DNA of 63,901 nt, the filler included, from Neoconidiobolus thromboides FSU 785 (taxonomy: Eukaryota; Fungi; Entomophthoromycota), in assembly GCA_025603075.1 (NCBI GenBank). It is 8 parts of 8 records of this genome, joined end to end, with 100 filler letters (N's around TTAATTAATTAA, not from the genome) between each part and the next. Parts side by side here need not be neighbours in the genome. Positions count along the whole stretch, not along the records: positions 1 to 24,560 come from MU626518.1; 7 more parts are not named here. One strand, 5' to 3'. The translations under genes were made by a program, and so were the position numbers. Shown here piece by piece: positions 1 through 14,382 of the stretch. Under the pieces are notes generated by a model, which made no database searches, was not told the origin of the DNA, and worked only from the letters and a program-made list of their open reading frames with translations. Positions within the stretch are counted from its first letter, which is position 1, and each line of letters opens with the position of its first letter.

Positions 1-334
1 ATTCTGAAGGACATTACCTCCCTGTTTTGATATCCATACTTGTTGGAGTATAAAAGAGATTCTAGAACATAGTAACTTGTGGCTTTTCAACTGAGTTATT
101 CCTTGATATATCATACATTCAATAAAGCCACTAAGTTTACTTAATAGTGTTTTATGTAGATTTTACATTACTATTGTCTATTCTATTTGTCTTACATAGT
201 CTGTAACATATTACTTGCTATTCTTCACAATTCAAGTATATCTTAATCACATAAACTAAGGCCTTTCAACTTACAGTATAGTCAACCAAGTAATAGCTGT
301 TTTTGACTCCAACCACCAAGTATCAGATTCCACA
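1..334 (+). mobile_element. Solo LTR copy 1 (5' part outside window)
   Basis: Aligns by eye with 14030-14354 and with the reverse complement of 26102-26430; contains TATAAAAG then AATAAA; ends ...ATTCCACA. Confidence 0.7.
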
Positions 335-380
335 GTGGAAAGATTGTTAATAAAATTCTTAAACAAAAAAGTACATCCTT
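335..380 (+). mobile_element. MITE right half, directly abutting the LTR end
   Basis: gtggaaagattgttaataaaattcttaaacaaaaaagtacatcctt then atat; matches the MITE consensus right half. Confidence 0.75.
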
Positions 381-2525
381 ATATTGATTTAAATTTTTAT
401 CTAATTTTTAAGTATGCTATTACTTAAAATTAGATATTTTTGTTATATTTATAACTATTGGATTTTAATAATATTTTGATGCCATGTTATTTTTAAAAGT
501 CAAAAATAATGAATAGTTATAATAAATACATGTTAGTAAAATTAGTTTAATAAGCTTAATTTTATTGCTAATTATTAACTTGATTTTTCACTCATTGTTT
601 TTTTGAAACCTCAAATAAAAGTAAAATTAAAAATTAAATCGTTCTTAAATTTTATCAAATTGCTTGGTTAAACTTATTTTTTAAATATTTAAATGAAATT
701 ACTGGACGAATTAATCTATGACTCTTCTGATTGATAATCAGCAATTAGCCCCATTAACTAAACTGACTTTTACAAAATTAAAAATTCCAACTTTCCTGAT
801 TTTTTTTGTCATAGTATATACACATCATAAGTAGTATGTATAAGAATTGAATACTAAATATGAAATAAATTCTATTTTTAGAAATAAAAGTCGAATTAGT
901 TAAAAAATATTATCTAATTAACATAGATTTGAAGTAGAAAAGTATAAAAAATGGAATAATTATCCAATCACTAGTAACTATTAAGAAAGTTAGTGACTAA
1001 ATATTCCATGCTCTAACAATTTCCCACTTTACCAAATTCAACTAGTTTTTAAAAGTAAACAAGACTTAGAGAAAAAAATTAATCATTAAATATAATGTAT
1101 CTTTTTTATGTAGAAAAGCAGCAGCTACTTGCTTGTAAAATTTGTTGATGCTATAATTTTGTTTCTTTACCGGATGGACTTGCTTAAGATTTCAGGTTAT
1201 TTTAAAAACTACATTATATTATTCTAACACTCATGACGTAGCTAGTTAAGTTTTTCAATATCTTAAATACCTACTTGATTTTTTTAACACAAAAAAAGCC
1301 CTTTGTTTTCTCAATACCTATGCTTAATTTGTCATTTACAATAAAATTAAAAATCGGAAAAATGTTGAGCCTTGATTGAAACTGGCTCATATAATGATTG
1401 CAGAAAAAATGTCGAAGAAACTAGTTGAGTGAAAAAGGATATGAGGACAAGGATAAAAAACATAGGGATAATGTAGTTTAAAAGACTGGTGCTCACTGTA
1501 CCCATTTTTATCTTTACAGATGCTAAGATTCTCCAATTTCGAATGTCATGTATAATATTAATAGCAACTTCACGTAAATTGTTTGAAAAAGTTGGGTTAT
1601 GATTTCAACCAGATTTGAGATAAAATTTAATGGTATTTTCGACTCAGTAGTTGAGGTATAGCAAGCATAATAGTTAAAATGCTCTTGAACATTTAAATCA
1701 GATGGTTGATGGACCAAAATTAGGATTTACATATGCATTTCTTGCTTAACTGTTCCTTTCGCTTTCATATTCTTATACATGTTCTAATTTTCACAATTTT
1801 TTAAAATACCAGTCTTTTTTAAGATCCTCAATGCCTTGTTTTCACTAATCTTATTCTAATTCTTGATAAAAAATATATGGTAAGATTAGTTTATTATTAT
1901 TTTTGTTAATTAGCCATGTTTAAAAATAAAAGTTAATTTAATTTTTATTCTAACTCTTTTTTATACACTTTCTATTGCTTTTTAATAACTATAGGGTGGA
2001 TTTATTTTTCATTTTGAATAAGAAACAATTTAAAACCCCCGTGTTTTTTTAAAAAGCGATCCGATATATTAACTCATCCAGTAATACTAAACAAAATAAA
2101 AAGAGAATAAAAATGGAACAGGTTTTAAAAAGCTAAAAATAGCTGAGACTAGCATTAACTATATTTAGCTTAATAGCTCTATTAAAAAAGCAGGATTTCC
2201 AAATCGAGTAAAAAAAACTATGTTTAGAATATCTGATCTCATTTATATCTAGTTTTTTTCTTAATAGGTTTTAAGTTTATTAAAAATTTAACGGAATTTG
2301 CTTACCTTTCCTTCCGCCTTTTAATTTTTAGTAGCTAAACCAATACTAACTCCTTGTATAACATATATCTATGAAAAAAAGGGAGGCAAAAACGAATTGC
2401 TATTAATAAATTTATTTATTTATTTACATTAAATGTAGATAGAGAGAGGATGTGACTAGGCCACTTTAAATAAAGGAAAAAAATTAACCAAACAAGCAAA
2501 AATAAATAGAATTCAAACTGGAAAC

Positions 2526-3305
2526 TTAAGCCTTTCTGCACTTTTTAGTCATACAGTGTCTACGCCATAGATCCTTACGATAAAATCTTTTATCACATGA
2601 AATACATTGGAATTTTCTAACTCCAGAGTGTATTTTCTTATGACGGGTAAGATCGTGATTTCTTAAAAAGGCACGATCGCATTGATCACAAGCGTATGGC
2701 TTACTACTGTCTTTAATGAATTTGACTGTATTTTTGTTTGAAGTGGATTGATTTTGTTGATGATTTAATAATATATTATTATTATTTAGTAGTGATTCTT
2801 CAATCATAGTTAAAGGGGATAAAGATCTATTTGAAACACTACTAAAATCAACATTTGGATTTGAGTTACAGTGTATATTGAAGGTGACAGAATTAGAATT
2901 AGAAGTGGAGTTATTATGGTTTATAGTATTGCTATATTGATTCATATAGGCCATGTTATCAAAAACTAAATCATTAAATAATAAATCGTTATTATTTTGC
3001 TGTTGATTAGGACTATAATTTAAATAATTTAAATTGTTATCTTCAGAGTTAAAAGGATTAAAAGTAGCGATGTTCGATGCTTCTTGTGGACTATACATAA
3101 GATAAGATAAATTGCTTGGAGATGAGTTATAATTTGAAAATGGGTTATTATAAGCCGAATTATCATTGGCATATTGTGGTTGATTTTCTATTTCTATTGG
3201 ATTACAAGGATAGTTATTATATTGAAGCTCGTATTCCCATTCTATGTAATCTTTATTTTGTAATGGATAACTTTCGTAAGTAGCTAATTCTAACATGTTA
3301 TTCAT
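2526..3305 (-). CDS. C2H2 zinc-finger transcription factor (2 C-terminal fingers, N/S-rich N-terminus)
   Basis: YACDQCDRAFLRNHDLTRHKKIH-SGVRK-FQCISCDKRFYRKDLWRRH; intronless ORF. Confidence 0.9.
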   Translation of the reverse strand: MNNMLELATYESYPLQNKDYIEWEYELQYNNYPCNPIEIENQPQYANDNSAYNNPFSNYNSSPSNLSYLMYSPQEASNIATFNPFNSEDNNLNYLNYSPNQQQNNNDLLFNDLVFDNMAYMNQYSNTINHNNSTSNSNSVTFNIHCNSNPNVDFSSVSNRSLSPLTMIEESLLNNNNILLNHQQNQSTSNKNTVKFIKDSSKPYACDQCDRAFLRNHDLTRHKKIHSGVRKFQCISCDKRFYRKDLWRRHCMTKKCRKA

Positions 3306-6300
3306 CTTTGTATAGAGTGAAATATAATAAATAAGTTCTAAGTTTTAAAATGTTGATAAGATTTGAATAAATCTATTTTTTAATATTTGATTTTGATTCT
3401 TCATCTTGACTTTTTATACTTATCTTTTAATAATCTTTAACTTTCTTTATTTATTCATTTTATTATGCATGCCTGTCTTATAAAGCGAATAGATTCAACG
3501 TCAATTTTGATATGGACTAATTCGCATAAATTTTTAATGAACATGGTTTGTTATTAAATTAAATGATTAAATTTTTATTTTACCTATTTTTAGTAGAAAG
3601 TGAGACCAATTTAAAACGATAGATTTTTTCATTTTCATTTTTATTATTTCTATTATTTCTATTATTTCTATTATTTTTGTTTTTATATATCACATTTAAT
3701 AAATACATGTAATTAAAGCTGTTCTCCGTCGAATTATATCATTCAACTATAGTTTGAGTCTATTATTTAACTGGTTATAAATTATTACTCAAATGAAGTA
3801 ATTTACTTAATATAGGAATTTGTCTAGTAAAATTTAATATCACTTTGCTGATCATTAAGTGCATTTTTTGCAAAAAGTACCTCAATTTGTTATTTTATTA
3901 TTTACTACAATTCGGATACTTTATTTAATTAGTTTCACTCATTATTAACTAATTATATTGCTACTATTGAATAATTAATTTTATTAGGAATTTACTTAAT
4001 TGTTATTATTGTTATTGTTATTGTTACTGTTACTGTTACTATTAAAGTTATTAGCTGATCAGTGATTAGTATTGATTTAACCCTTTATTTACTTCTATTT
4101 TTAATAATAAATTGATACTAAACCAAGCAGGACCAGACCAAATCTTTGATATTAATATTAAACTAATAACTATAATACAATTAATATATATATATATACA
4201 CCCATATTCTGTATTTATTTGTTTTTGTCATGGTTGTTTCTCGGTACCATTATGGGAATTATTGATCTATTTTTTACTAATAAAATAATATACAATATCA
4301 TTAAACATTTAAGTTTAAAGAATAGGTGTAAACAATGTACGATTAAGGTTAAACCAAATAAATGATTTGGAAAGAAAGAATAAGTTTATCTAATCGTTTC
4401 ATCTAGTATCCAATAGCCTATCCTGATTTTTAACAGTATTAATCTATACATGTTAGTATCAAATACCACTGTAGTTATTTTTATCTTACAAGTTTCACTA
4501 TAATATATTATTATTTTATTCAAATATATCTGAGCTTATAATTACGTATTATTTTGCTTAAATGGTTCTAATTTTACTAATTGACGCTGATTATGAGGTA
4601 GTTTTATGGATTATTAATCTTTTCATGGAGATTTGTAAGATTGTTACTAATATCCTTGTAGTAATACTATAGCAATTAATATACTAATAAACTTATTGTT
4701 AAGGTTTAGCAATTAGTAACTAATGGATTTATTAGTAAATTGCTAAGAGCAAGGCTTTGAATAAAAAAACTTGGTTCATTTGTTCAATGTCCATGAAATC
4801 TGTACTTTAATTTAATATCTTTAATAGATACTTTAGATTATGGCTTAAGAATTCAAAAAATTTCAGATTACTAAATAAAGCTTTTAAACTTAAATTTAAA
4901 TATTAAAATATTTTCGGTTTTAGAAAAATTAACTGTTAATTACTAAATTCATTTTGATATATTTTCAGGCCCAAAAAGTGGATGATTTATATTCTCCTTT
5001 TTTAAAAAAATATAGTATTTTCTATATTTAGTTGTTATTTTAATAATAGAATAATCTCATGTTTAACTTAAAGTTGTTTAGGAACCATCAGATTTTAAAT
5101 AACGGAATAAAAGGGTCTTCTTGAGAGATCGAATTTTCCGCCCCTACAGTCTAATCTTTATTCAATAGTAAATTATTATTTTATGATATTAAAATTATTT
5201 AAATACACATATGTGTTTTAATTAGCTTTTATTATTCCCTTCAAACTTTTTATAAAAAGGGATTTTAGCCAATGAAATGCCAACTTATTAGTTTGGATTC
5301 AAATTAATGTAAATTTTTTGTGCTCAATTTTCGTTGATTTGATTAGAAAATATCGATAAGCTTAAAGTGCAATTAAAATGCATAATGGCAAATAGTAGCA
5401 ATGTGCTTAAACTTGATCTTGGAAATCTGCAATTCATTTATATTTCAAAGATATTAAAAATAATGAATATAAAGCTATTTTTTGATGAGTTTCCGATTCG
5501 AAAGAAGGTTTATTTTTAGCAGTGTTTTGTCTATTTAAGGTTAAAATTCGAATCTTTCAATGTCTTTGAAGCCTATTTTTATTGTCAAAGCTCATGTGCT
5601 GTTATAGTTGAGTGAAACTCAGGGGGTGGTTTAGTAAAGAAATCTTAATTTTAGTCTTTTTTATAACTAAAGTTTCAAACTTTAGCTAATTTACTTTTTT
5701 GAAAAAAAAATTGAGCAAAAGTATTTTTGGTTTCATCTTAGCTTTAAAATGATAAAAACTGATTTTTATTAAAATGGTAGCAATTCGCCTTTTGTTTTGT
5801 TATTTCATTGATTATTGCTACATTAATCTATTATTTAATATTCATATTCATATTCATATCATATTCATACTCTAGATTCTATAAAAGAATATGTTTGCGT
5901 TTTAGTACCACTACTTTTAATAAATCGATGATAACTAAGCAATATGTTGAATGGTATGAATAGCAAAACAATTTATTTATTATACAAAATGACACTTATT
6001 TTTTATTCTAGTTTTCATATTTCCCCGGTAATTATATTATAACTACTCTTAACGTGATATAACAACTTTCTATTAGCGCTGGAGTTATAACTCTATAGTA
6101 TAAATTAGGCAATTTGATAAATTATGCCAAATCAACATGTTTTTAAATACTAAAACACTAAAAATTGGGAGATAATTTGTTAGTGATGTCAATTTTAACT
6201 ATAATTTCTCACTTATGTGTATTTCTTTTTACTTTAAAACTATAATTCAGATAAACGCATCAATGCAAGCTAGTAATTATTCATTATAGAAAATATCTAA

Positions 6301-7268
6301 ACAACCAATTTAATGAGAGTAGTTAAACTTATATATAATATTTGAACTATATGAAGGTATTATTATTATCAGAAAAGCCGAAATGTTATTTTAAAAAGCT
6401 CCTTTGTAATTTAAAATTATTCTTATTTAATATTTATTCCATTTAGAGTTTCATTTCATATTGAACATAATCAGCTATAAAAGAGTGGTAAATCGAAAAG
6501 CTTAAATATGTAAATAGTTACTTTATTTACATATTTTATGACTATAAACTGGCTCATTGTTTAGATAATATGGATAAATAGATAAGGGGTAATTCAAACC
6601 TAGGTTCAACTTTTTGCCGATTTTGACCTTTTGCTAAAGTTGTAAAAAGTAAAAAAGAGTGATTTTCATACCATTTTTGCATTAATTTACAACTTTTTCA
6701 AAATCAAAGACGAAAAGTTGCATCTTGTTTAAAACTAATTCATGCAATGCTTTTTAGCTTAATATTAACTTCACTTTCTTCTTATAACGCTCAAATTTGA
6801 GTTTGTTATATTATTTTCTGTATTAAGTACAAACTTTAATGCTATTATAAAAATTGCTATTGCTTTTAAATGATAATTAGATAAACCCAAGTTTATTTCA
6901 AGTTTCCTAAATTGAGTAAGCTAAAGTTTACACATTACTTAACTATTGCATATAATATATAATAGCATGTTTGGGAGGTGAAAGTTAGCTTGGTTACTTA
7001 TTTATGAAAGCCAAATAAATTTGTTTGGTTACTTTAAATGATATTTACTTGTCTCTCTTCATAATTTTTGCAAACTCAATTTTAGTCCTTTGCCTACCAC
7101 ATAATTCAAAAAAACAATAACTGCATAAATACACAGACTATTTTGGCGATAATTTACTCCAATTAAATCCCTGTTCGTATCTTTCTTTTTTTAGACAGAT
7201 TCAATACGGTAAAAGTATAGGAATGCAACAGTAGCAAACTATTTAGCAAAGTGTTTTTTAAACAAAAT

Positions 7269-7363
7269 AAGATGTATTTTTGTTTAAGAATTTTATTAAC
7301 AGTTTTTCCACTCAAATAGTATTCAAAAGATAGAAAAAGTAATGAAGCCAATAAAACATCCTC
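7269..7363 (-). mobile_element. MITE copy, TSD AAAT/AAAT
   Basis: Matches reverse MITE consensus; aaat on both flanks. Confidence 0.75.
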
Positions 7364-7828
7364 AAATAATGTTTTGTAAAACACGATTTCTAGTGGAATC
7401 AATAATAACCTATTTTTTATAAATAAATAAAAAACAAATGAAAGATTTAACAGAATAGTTACAATTATTGTAGTTTAGGTAATTGCTTATTTAAGAGAAA
7501 AAGTTATACTGTATTATGTTAAAAGATAGAGAGATCAAGGTTTAAAAAAAACTAATTATACAAGTAATTTGGATAAAATTACTGTTAAAAAAGTCAAAAA
7601 AGAGTTGTAACAGCTATAATGTGGCTTTTGTTAAAGCGATAACTAAGCCAAATGGTTAGCGTCAAGAAATAAAGGTGGCGTCTATAAATTCAGTTTGTAA
7701 AATTAAAATAGTAAATTATTCAGTTAAAATTATGTTATCACCTTTAAGTATCGGAAATATAAGTGTAATAACATATAAATAATGATACTTATAGAACTAG
7801 TATTATTTATTTTTAAAAAATTAATTAA

Positions 7829-9526
7829 ATGAAACTAACAAATCAAGGAATAATATTTTACATTGCAATAATATTACCAATTGTCATATCAATGAATTAT
7901 AATAATTATAGTTTACTTCGAATTTATTATAATAGTCAACTAAAAGGATTTACTACCTCACGTCAATTCTTTGATCATTTAATCGATTTTATTGAAAATA
8001 ACAATGATAACGATAGAAATTCCAATGACGCTAATGCTGATAACAATCAACATCGATGGAAAGAAATATATAACGAACAAATGGACGTAATAATAAAACA
8101 AGAAGAACAAGGGAGACTCATGGAATACATAAAAAATAAAGATATAGAGCATAAAGTAATCATTTCAAATTTAGGTAAAACAATAGAAGATCAACAAAAT
8201 CAACAAGCTCAACTAAAAAGAAAGTTTATTATGACTAATAGAAATAGAAACAAAAGTAAAAATAGTACGCTACCATTAAAAGAGCAGTCATTTTTTAATA
8301 TGTATTCAAACTATGACGCTATATACACTTATTTTCAAGATTATAAATCACTAACGATTGGTCATTCATATTTGAATTTACCTATTAAAGTTTTTCATAA
8401 CCAGGCTATGGATAATAAGAAACCTATTATTTTAATTCAAGGAGGAATTCATGCTAGAGGTAGTTTAATTTATTAGTTTTTTTCTATATACTAATAGTTG
8501 ATAGAATGGATAAGTGTTGTAAGTACAATGTTTATAATGACAAAGCAGTTTGATATTTAATATAATAGGCAGTAGTGACATATTTAATGAAAAACATTTT
8601 TTCACCTAAAGAATCCGAATATACAGAGCAAATTGAATTGATCAATCAAAAATTCAATATTGTATTCTTACCTGTCCTAAATATCGATGGGTACAATTAT
8701 AGTTTCAAAAAAGATAGACTATGGAGAAAAAATAGGCAGACTATTAATGGAAGGAATAAGAGGAAGAGCAGAAACTGTGTTGGTATTGTAAGTAGTTCAA
8801 ATAATATTTATTAATCATTATTGAAACTAATTGTTTATTTTAACAGGATTTGAATAGAAATTGGGTAAAGCAAAAAATAGCTAATAAAATAATGACACAT
8901 TTAATAATACTTTAATAGTCTTTTCATTGGGATACTAAAAACAACAAAGAACCATGTCAAGAATCGTATAATGGTAATTCACCCTTCGAAGCCGTTGAAC
9001 TTCAACATTTAAAACAGTTTTTACTAAATCAAACGAATATAATAAGTTATATTGATTTTCATGCCTACGGCCAATTATTTATGTATCCTTATGGATACAC
9101 ATGTGATGTGAAAGTAAGCTGATTTACTTTGAATAAGAATGAATTAAAGTTTTTATTACTTTTATTAGAACAATACTAGAGTGAATAACTTACATCAAGT
9201 TGGGTTAGCCTCAATTGATAGGATTCAACAAGTCCATCATCGAAAATATAAGTTAGGTTCGGTCTGTAATACTATTTATAAGGCGGCAGGTGGCGGAGTC
9301 GATTGGTAATTATACTTTTTATCTAGAATAATTTAGTAGATAAACTTTAATTAGGGCATTTCATGAAGCTAATATCAAATATCCATATGCAATTGAATTA
9401 CGCGGTAATCATGAAGAAGATTATGGGTTTTTATTACCTAGTCAACAAATTATACCCACAGCTGAAGAAACTTTGCTCGGCTTAATTGAAGGGTTTAAAA
9501 AAATGCGTCAGCTTGAAGAACTATAA
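7829..9526 (+). CDS. Secreted zinc carboxypeptidase, M14A family (multi-exon)
   Basis: Signal peptide; spliced motifs GIHA-REW, LWRKNR, DLNRNW, YIDFHAYGQ, YAIELRG; GT-AG introns. Confidence 0.92.
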
Positions 9527-11010
9527 TCTTAGTTCTATTTGAGTATATTTACTTTTGAAATCATACTTAAGAATAATATAGTTTAATATAAAATTATGCT
9601 GTAATGAGGTATTTGTTTATCAACTATAAATAGTAATACCAAACGATTATAAATGGCGAGATAGTTGGACGATCACCTCTATATTAAGCAACTTACTTAA
9701 AAAGCTATAAACTTTGATTATTTTTTTGAGTTTACTAGAAATGTTTTTAGCTTAATTTAAAACTTATGGTTTTAACTTATGTTGAAATTGTTAGTTCACT
9801 TTTATCATTAAAACATAGTTTTTGTATCATAGATAATTTTAACATTATTCTTCGCTTCTTTTTCTATATTTAATGAAGACAAATTTAAAAATGTTATTTT
9901 TAAAGTCAATGTTAATAATAAGTTTTAAATAATAGTGTGATTCAAAAGATGGGAAAAACTTAAATTTGAGTTACAGACTCATAACTATTAAAAAAGAAAA
10001 GTTCCGCTGCTTCGTAGTTTTTCATTATGATGATCTTTCACCAAATTAGTGCAATAGTTTATATATTTATATTTCAAGTTACACCATTTTGTTTTTTAAT
10101 AATAGTTTTATAATTTGAGATGCTATAGTTATATAAAAAATTTGAATGCTATTGTTAGAAAAAACAATTTTATAAGGGAAATAGCAGTACAAAGCTTTGT
10201 GATAGAAAGGGTCATAACCTCTCATTAAGAAATTCTATTTTTTAAATCGATACAAAGCATCAATGTGTTTTATTTCCGGAATAAGTTTAAGGTATAAGAT
10301 TAGATAAAATTAAGGAGAAAGAAAGTAGTGACATTAAGTTAAATTATGGTATTATCCTAAACTGTAATTTTTATATTCCAACATTTTATTTAATTTATGC
10401 CGCATAACATTAGAAATTATTAAATATTAATAAAAAATTATTAAAGAATATAAAAAGTTAATTTTTAAGAAAATAAGTAGCTAACTGAATGACATCTAAG
10501 GCAAACAAATACTTTCAAATAGACTTGTTTCTGTTTATTTTATACTAATGATTGATTTTAAACAAATAACTCATTATGATTTCAGCTTCAATTAGACTTA
10601 TTCAAATTTGCAGTAAATGGTAAAGTATACCCCACTTTAATAAAAAAAACGTATAAATTCTCTTTTTAAAATATTAAATATTAAAAATAAAAATTATTTC
10701 GTTTTATAAAATGTATATATAAGATTGTATTAAAAATTATTTACTATTTGGTTCTTATTAAAAATGCGATTTTTTAATTATATAGATTTCTTGCAATTTA
10801 AAGTGTAATAAGTTTTATGCCTTGAAGGCTTATGATTAATAAGAATATTCCAAACTATAGCAATGTGACAAAATTATTGAATATCATTAAATTTAAAGAA
10901 CATTTAAAGGTAGTAAGCTCACAATATAACAACAAACAATATGATTGAACTGGGCTTTTTTGTTGTAGAGATTTTTTTTGTAATTTGACAAGCTCAAAAA
11001 ATAAACATTT

Positions 11011-11109
11011 GAAGATGTTTTTTTTGGTTTTATTACTTTTTCCATTTTTTGAGCGTTATTTGAGTGGAGATTTTATCAGCAAAACTCTCAAACAAAAAAA
11101 TACATCCCC
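11011..11109 (+). mobile_element. MITE copy, TSD ATTT/ATTT
   Basis: Consensus match; attt on both flanks. Confidence 0.8.
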
Positions 11110-11441
11110 ATTTTGTTACTACTCCTGAAATAGATGACTCGTTTTATCATTACATTCAAATTTTCCAATGGGGATTATTAGTTTGTTATTCCTACAGGAT
11201 TATAAAACACTTTCATTTTTATGTGGATGTATTTAAGAGTTTTACAATTTTTCCACTTGCATAACACTTTTGAACCTTAAAACCCAGTCTTGAAGTAGCC
11301 ACCAATGTTAAAATTAATTTTTTTTATATGACCTCAGATGTTATATTCTTTTAAATCTTTAATTAAAACCATTTGTTTTTTAATCCCAAAATGCTATCTA
11401 TAGGTTCTCTAACTAACTATTTGTAAAAATTATAGATATAT

Positions 11442-11531
11442 GGGGATGTTTTTTTTGGCCTCATCACTTTTTCCATTTTTAAGCGTTATTTAAGTGAAAA
11501 AACTGCTAGTAAAATTAAAAAATACATCCTC
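11442..11531 (+). mobile_element. MITE copy, TSD ATAT/ATAT
   Basis: GGGGATGT...ACATCCTC termini. Confidence 0.8.
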
Positions 11532-11868
11532 ATATATTAACTTAAAACAATATGATATTTATATATAATATATATTAATTTGCCTGTTATCAAAAATAAC
11601 ACTACTTTATACACTATTCACCTAAAATCCATGTTTGTCAGATTAACTTTATCAAAGTGAATCAACGTACCTTATAAATGACTTATTAGGTTTTATATTT
11701 TATAAATTTAGCTCAGGTATTATTTATTATAAATTAACACCTAATCTAGCATTATCTCAGCGTAATCATTATCTATAGTTACATAGTAGTAAGGGATTAT
11801 GATTGTATTAAGTGACAAGCTATAAGTATTATAACATAACTAACTAACCTTGTTTGATAGGAATATAT

Positions 11869-11962
11869 AGAGATGTATTTTTGCGTTTAAGAACTTTGCT
11901 AATAAATTTTCCGCTTAAATAGTGTTTAAAGATGGAAAAAACGAAACTAAAAAATATCCCCC
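11869..11962 (-). mobile_element. MITE copy, TSD ATAT/ATAT
   Basis: Reverse consensus match. Confidence 0.75.
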
Positions 11963-13891
11963 ATATGATTGTAAATTAATCGATAAAGCGACTATAGATT
12001 AGAACTGCCGTTTCATGATACAATATCTGATCTCATTGTTTTTCATTAAGAATTCATCCATACAAACACAGGGAATCTTCAGTATATATTCTAGTTGCCT
12101 CTAAGTATTATCTATTTCTTTATTTTCTTCTTCCTTAACGCCACTTCTGAGATCAACTTACAGAAGATTTTTATTCATGGTATTAATGCAGCTAAAAAAA
12201 CTAAAGCAACCTATTGAATTGAATCTGTTTTATTTAATTTTTTTAACTGTTATCTCATTAATGAATGTAAATTACTTTATATTACCTATGCTTCATACTA
12301 ACTTGTTTATTTAGCAACCAGATTACTTGAATTTACTGGATTTAAACTTTGCTATCTTGAAGCGAATGACAAAAATCATCTGAAGTCCCTTACTTTTATG
12401 CTAAAAATCTAGTGATAATCATTGTAACATTATATTTAATTGCTTTGGTGACACTGACGATATTGGAAGTAAATATTTGATCAAAGATATTGAAATATTT
12501 TAGACTGTTTGATGGAGCGAAGGCTTCAAAACAGTCAATTAAAAGTTTAAAACTCATGAGCTTTAGAATGTAGATACTTATATATATTTAAAATACCAAC
12601 TAAGGTATAACTTTATTTTATTCAATAACCACAATTATAACTATAATCATAGTTATTCACAACTTTGGAAATGTTTTAAGGGATCAGTTTATAATCTAGA
12701 AGACTGCAATCTTTATGTAATAAAAGGTTTCGTTTTTATTACAGATAAGTTATTAGGTACACTTAATTTTATTGCTTTCTTCTGTGACCCAACTGTACAC
12801 CAAGTGCTTAAAATTGTATATTTAAGAGCTATAAGTAAACAAAATGAATTAAATAAGACAGGTGAGATTATATGTAGTAAATTTGAATAAACTATTAAAC
12901 TTTATTAAGATACAAGGATGAAGGATTCGATTTAAATAATATGGAAAATGGAAGTTGTAAAAATGATTTTGATGTTGGTAATCGAAACAGAAGGGCAAAA
13001 ACTTACTCCTTACCCCAAAGCCATTAAACGCTTATAATTTTAATAATTATTAAGCATCAAATTAACACAATCATAATTATAATTAAACATTCTTTATTTG
13101 TTTTCTTTGATATATAAATATAATGACTTAATTAGTATTTTCTATATATTTGACTTTCATAGACTGAGTTTTTGTTTTAATGCATTATTCAAAGTTTTAA
13201 AATTATGTTATTTATTTAATATAAGTTAATATAGCTAAGTATATTATAAGTAAATAAATAAGCGTAGTATTCTTAGTTTTAACTGTTTATAAAATCAATA
13301 AAATTCGAAATTTATATTCAATCTGAATTCTTATTTTTTGGGGTTGTTTGGCATGCTAAGACAATGCTGCCATCAATTCCACAATTCGGGGTTCGAATCC
13401 CAAAAATACTAGTATTATACTAGTAATAAGAATAACTTATACATAAAAATGTAGTAGTTAAGTTACAAAATTAAGAGTTGTCTCTTAATTAAAAATATAT
13501 AGATCAATAAATACATTGATTTATGATTAGAAATTAGTAAATAAAAATTTACTGAATGCTAAATTAAAGATCCCATAGTATTTTAGAATACTATGGGGTC
13601 TTTTTATAATTACTTTTATATTTAGAAAATGAATAAAAGCTATTATGTATATAAATCAAATTACTTTAATTGAATGCTCATAAAAATAGAATCTAACTAG
13701 TTATTTTGTAACTGTATTTGAGCATTATTAACAAACTTATTTGAATACGTTATATAACAAATTATCACAAGCTAAATAAATTTTTTAATTAAGTTTTAAA
13801 TTTCCTTTGGTCTAAATAGGTAGGAAGGTTTGAAAGCACAAACTGGTTTTAAAAATTCAATTCAATAAATCATAACGCATTTATATGGGGA

Positions 13892-14354
13892 TGTAAAAGA
13901 TCGCTCTGTCAGCCCCATGGTCAATTATAGCATAATAATCGCCCAAGCTGTTGTATTCTCGAGTTTAGAGACAATTAATCCCATGCTCTTATTTCGATTT
14001 GCTATAAGAATTTCTATCTTCGTCTCAAAGAATATTATCCTCTTGCTTTGATATCTATACTTATTGGAGTATAAAAGAGATTTTAGAACATAGTAACTCC
14101 GTACTTTTTAACTGAATTATTCCTTGGTATCTCGTACATTTAATAAAGCCACTAAGTTTACTCAATAGTATTTTACGTAGGTTTTACATTACTATTGTCT
14201 ATTTTATTTGTCTTATATGGTCTGTAGCCTATTACATGCTATTGTTCATAATCCAAGTCTATCTTAGTCACATAAACTAAGACCTTTCGACTGACAGCAT
14301 AGTCGATTAGGCAATAGCTATTTTTGACTCCAAACACTGAGTATCAGATTTCAT
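13892..14354 (+). mobile_element. Solo LTR copy 2 (~463 bp)
   Basis: TGTAAAAG...ATTTCATA termini; TATAAAAG then AATAAA; full-length match to 26102-26564. Confidence 0.7.
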
Positions 14355-14382
14355 ATTGGGATGAGGTTGGAAATTATTATAT

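Noticed and set aside
1523-1717. 64-aa ORF or hAT transposase remnant
   Set aside because: Only a weak MLAIP resemblance in another frame; not supportable without a search.
3640-5870. Microsatellites (TATTATTTC)n at ~3645, (GTTATT/GTTACT)n at ~4010, (TTCATA)n at ~5840
   Set aside because: Ordinary slippage repeats in AT-rich intergenic DNA.
13340-13405. Functional tRNA gene
   Set aside because: Only the B-box/T-loop is recognisable; no acceptor stem or D-arm could be folded.
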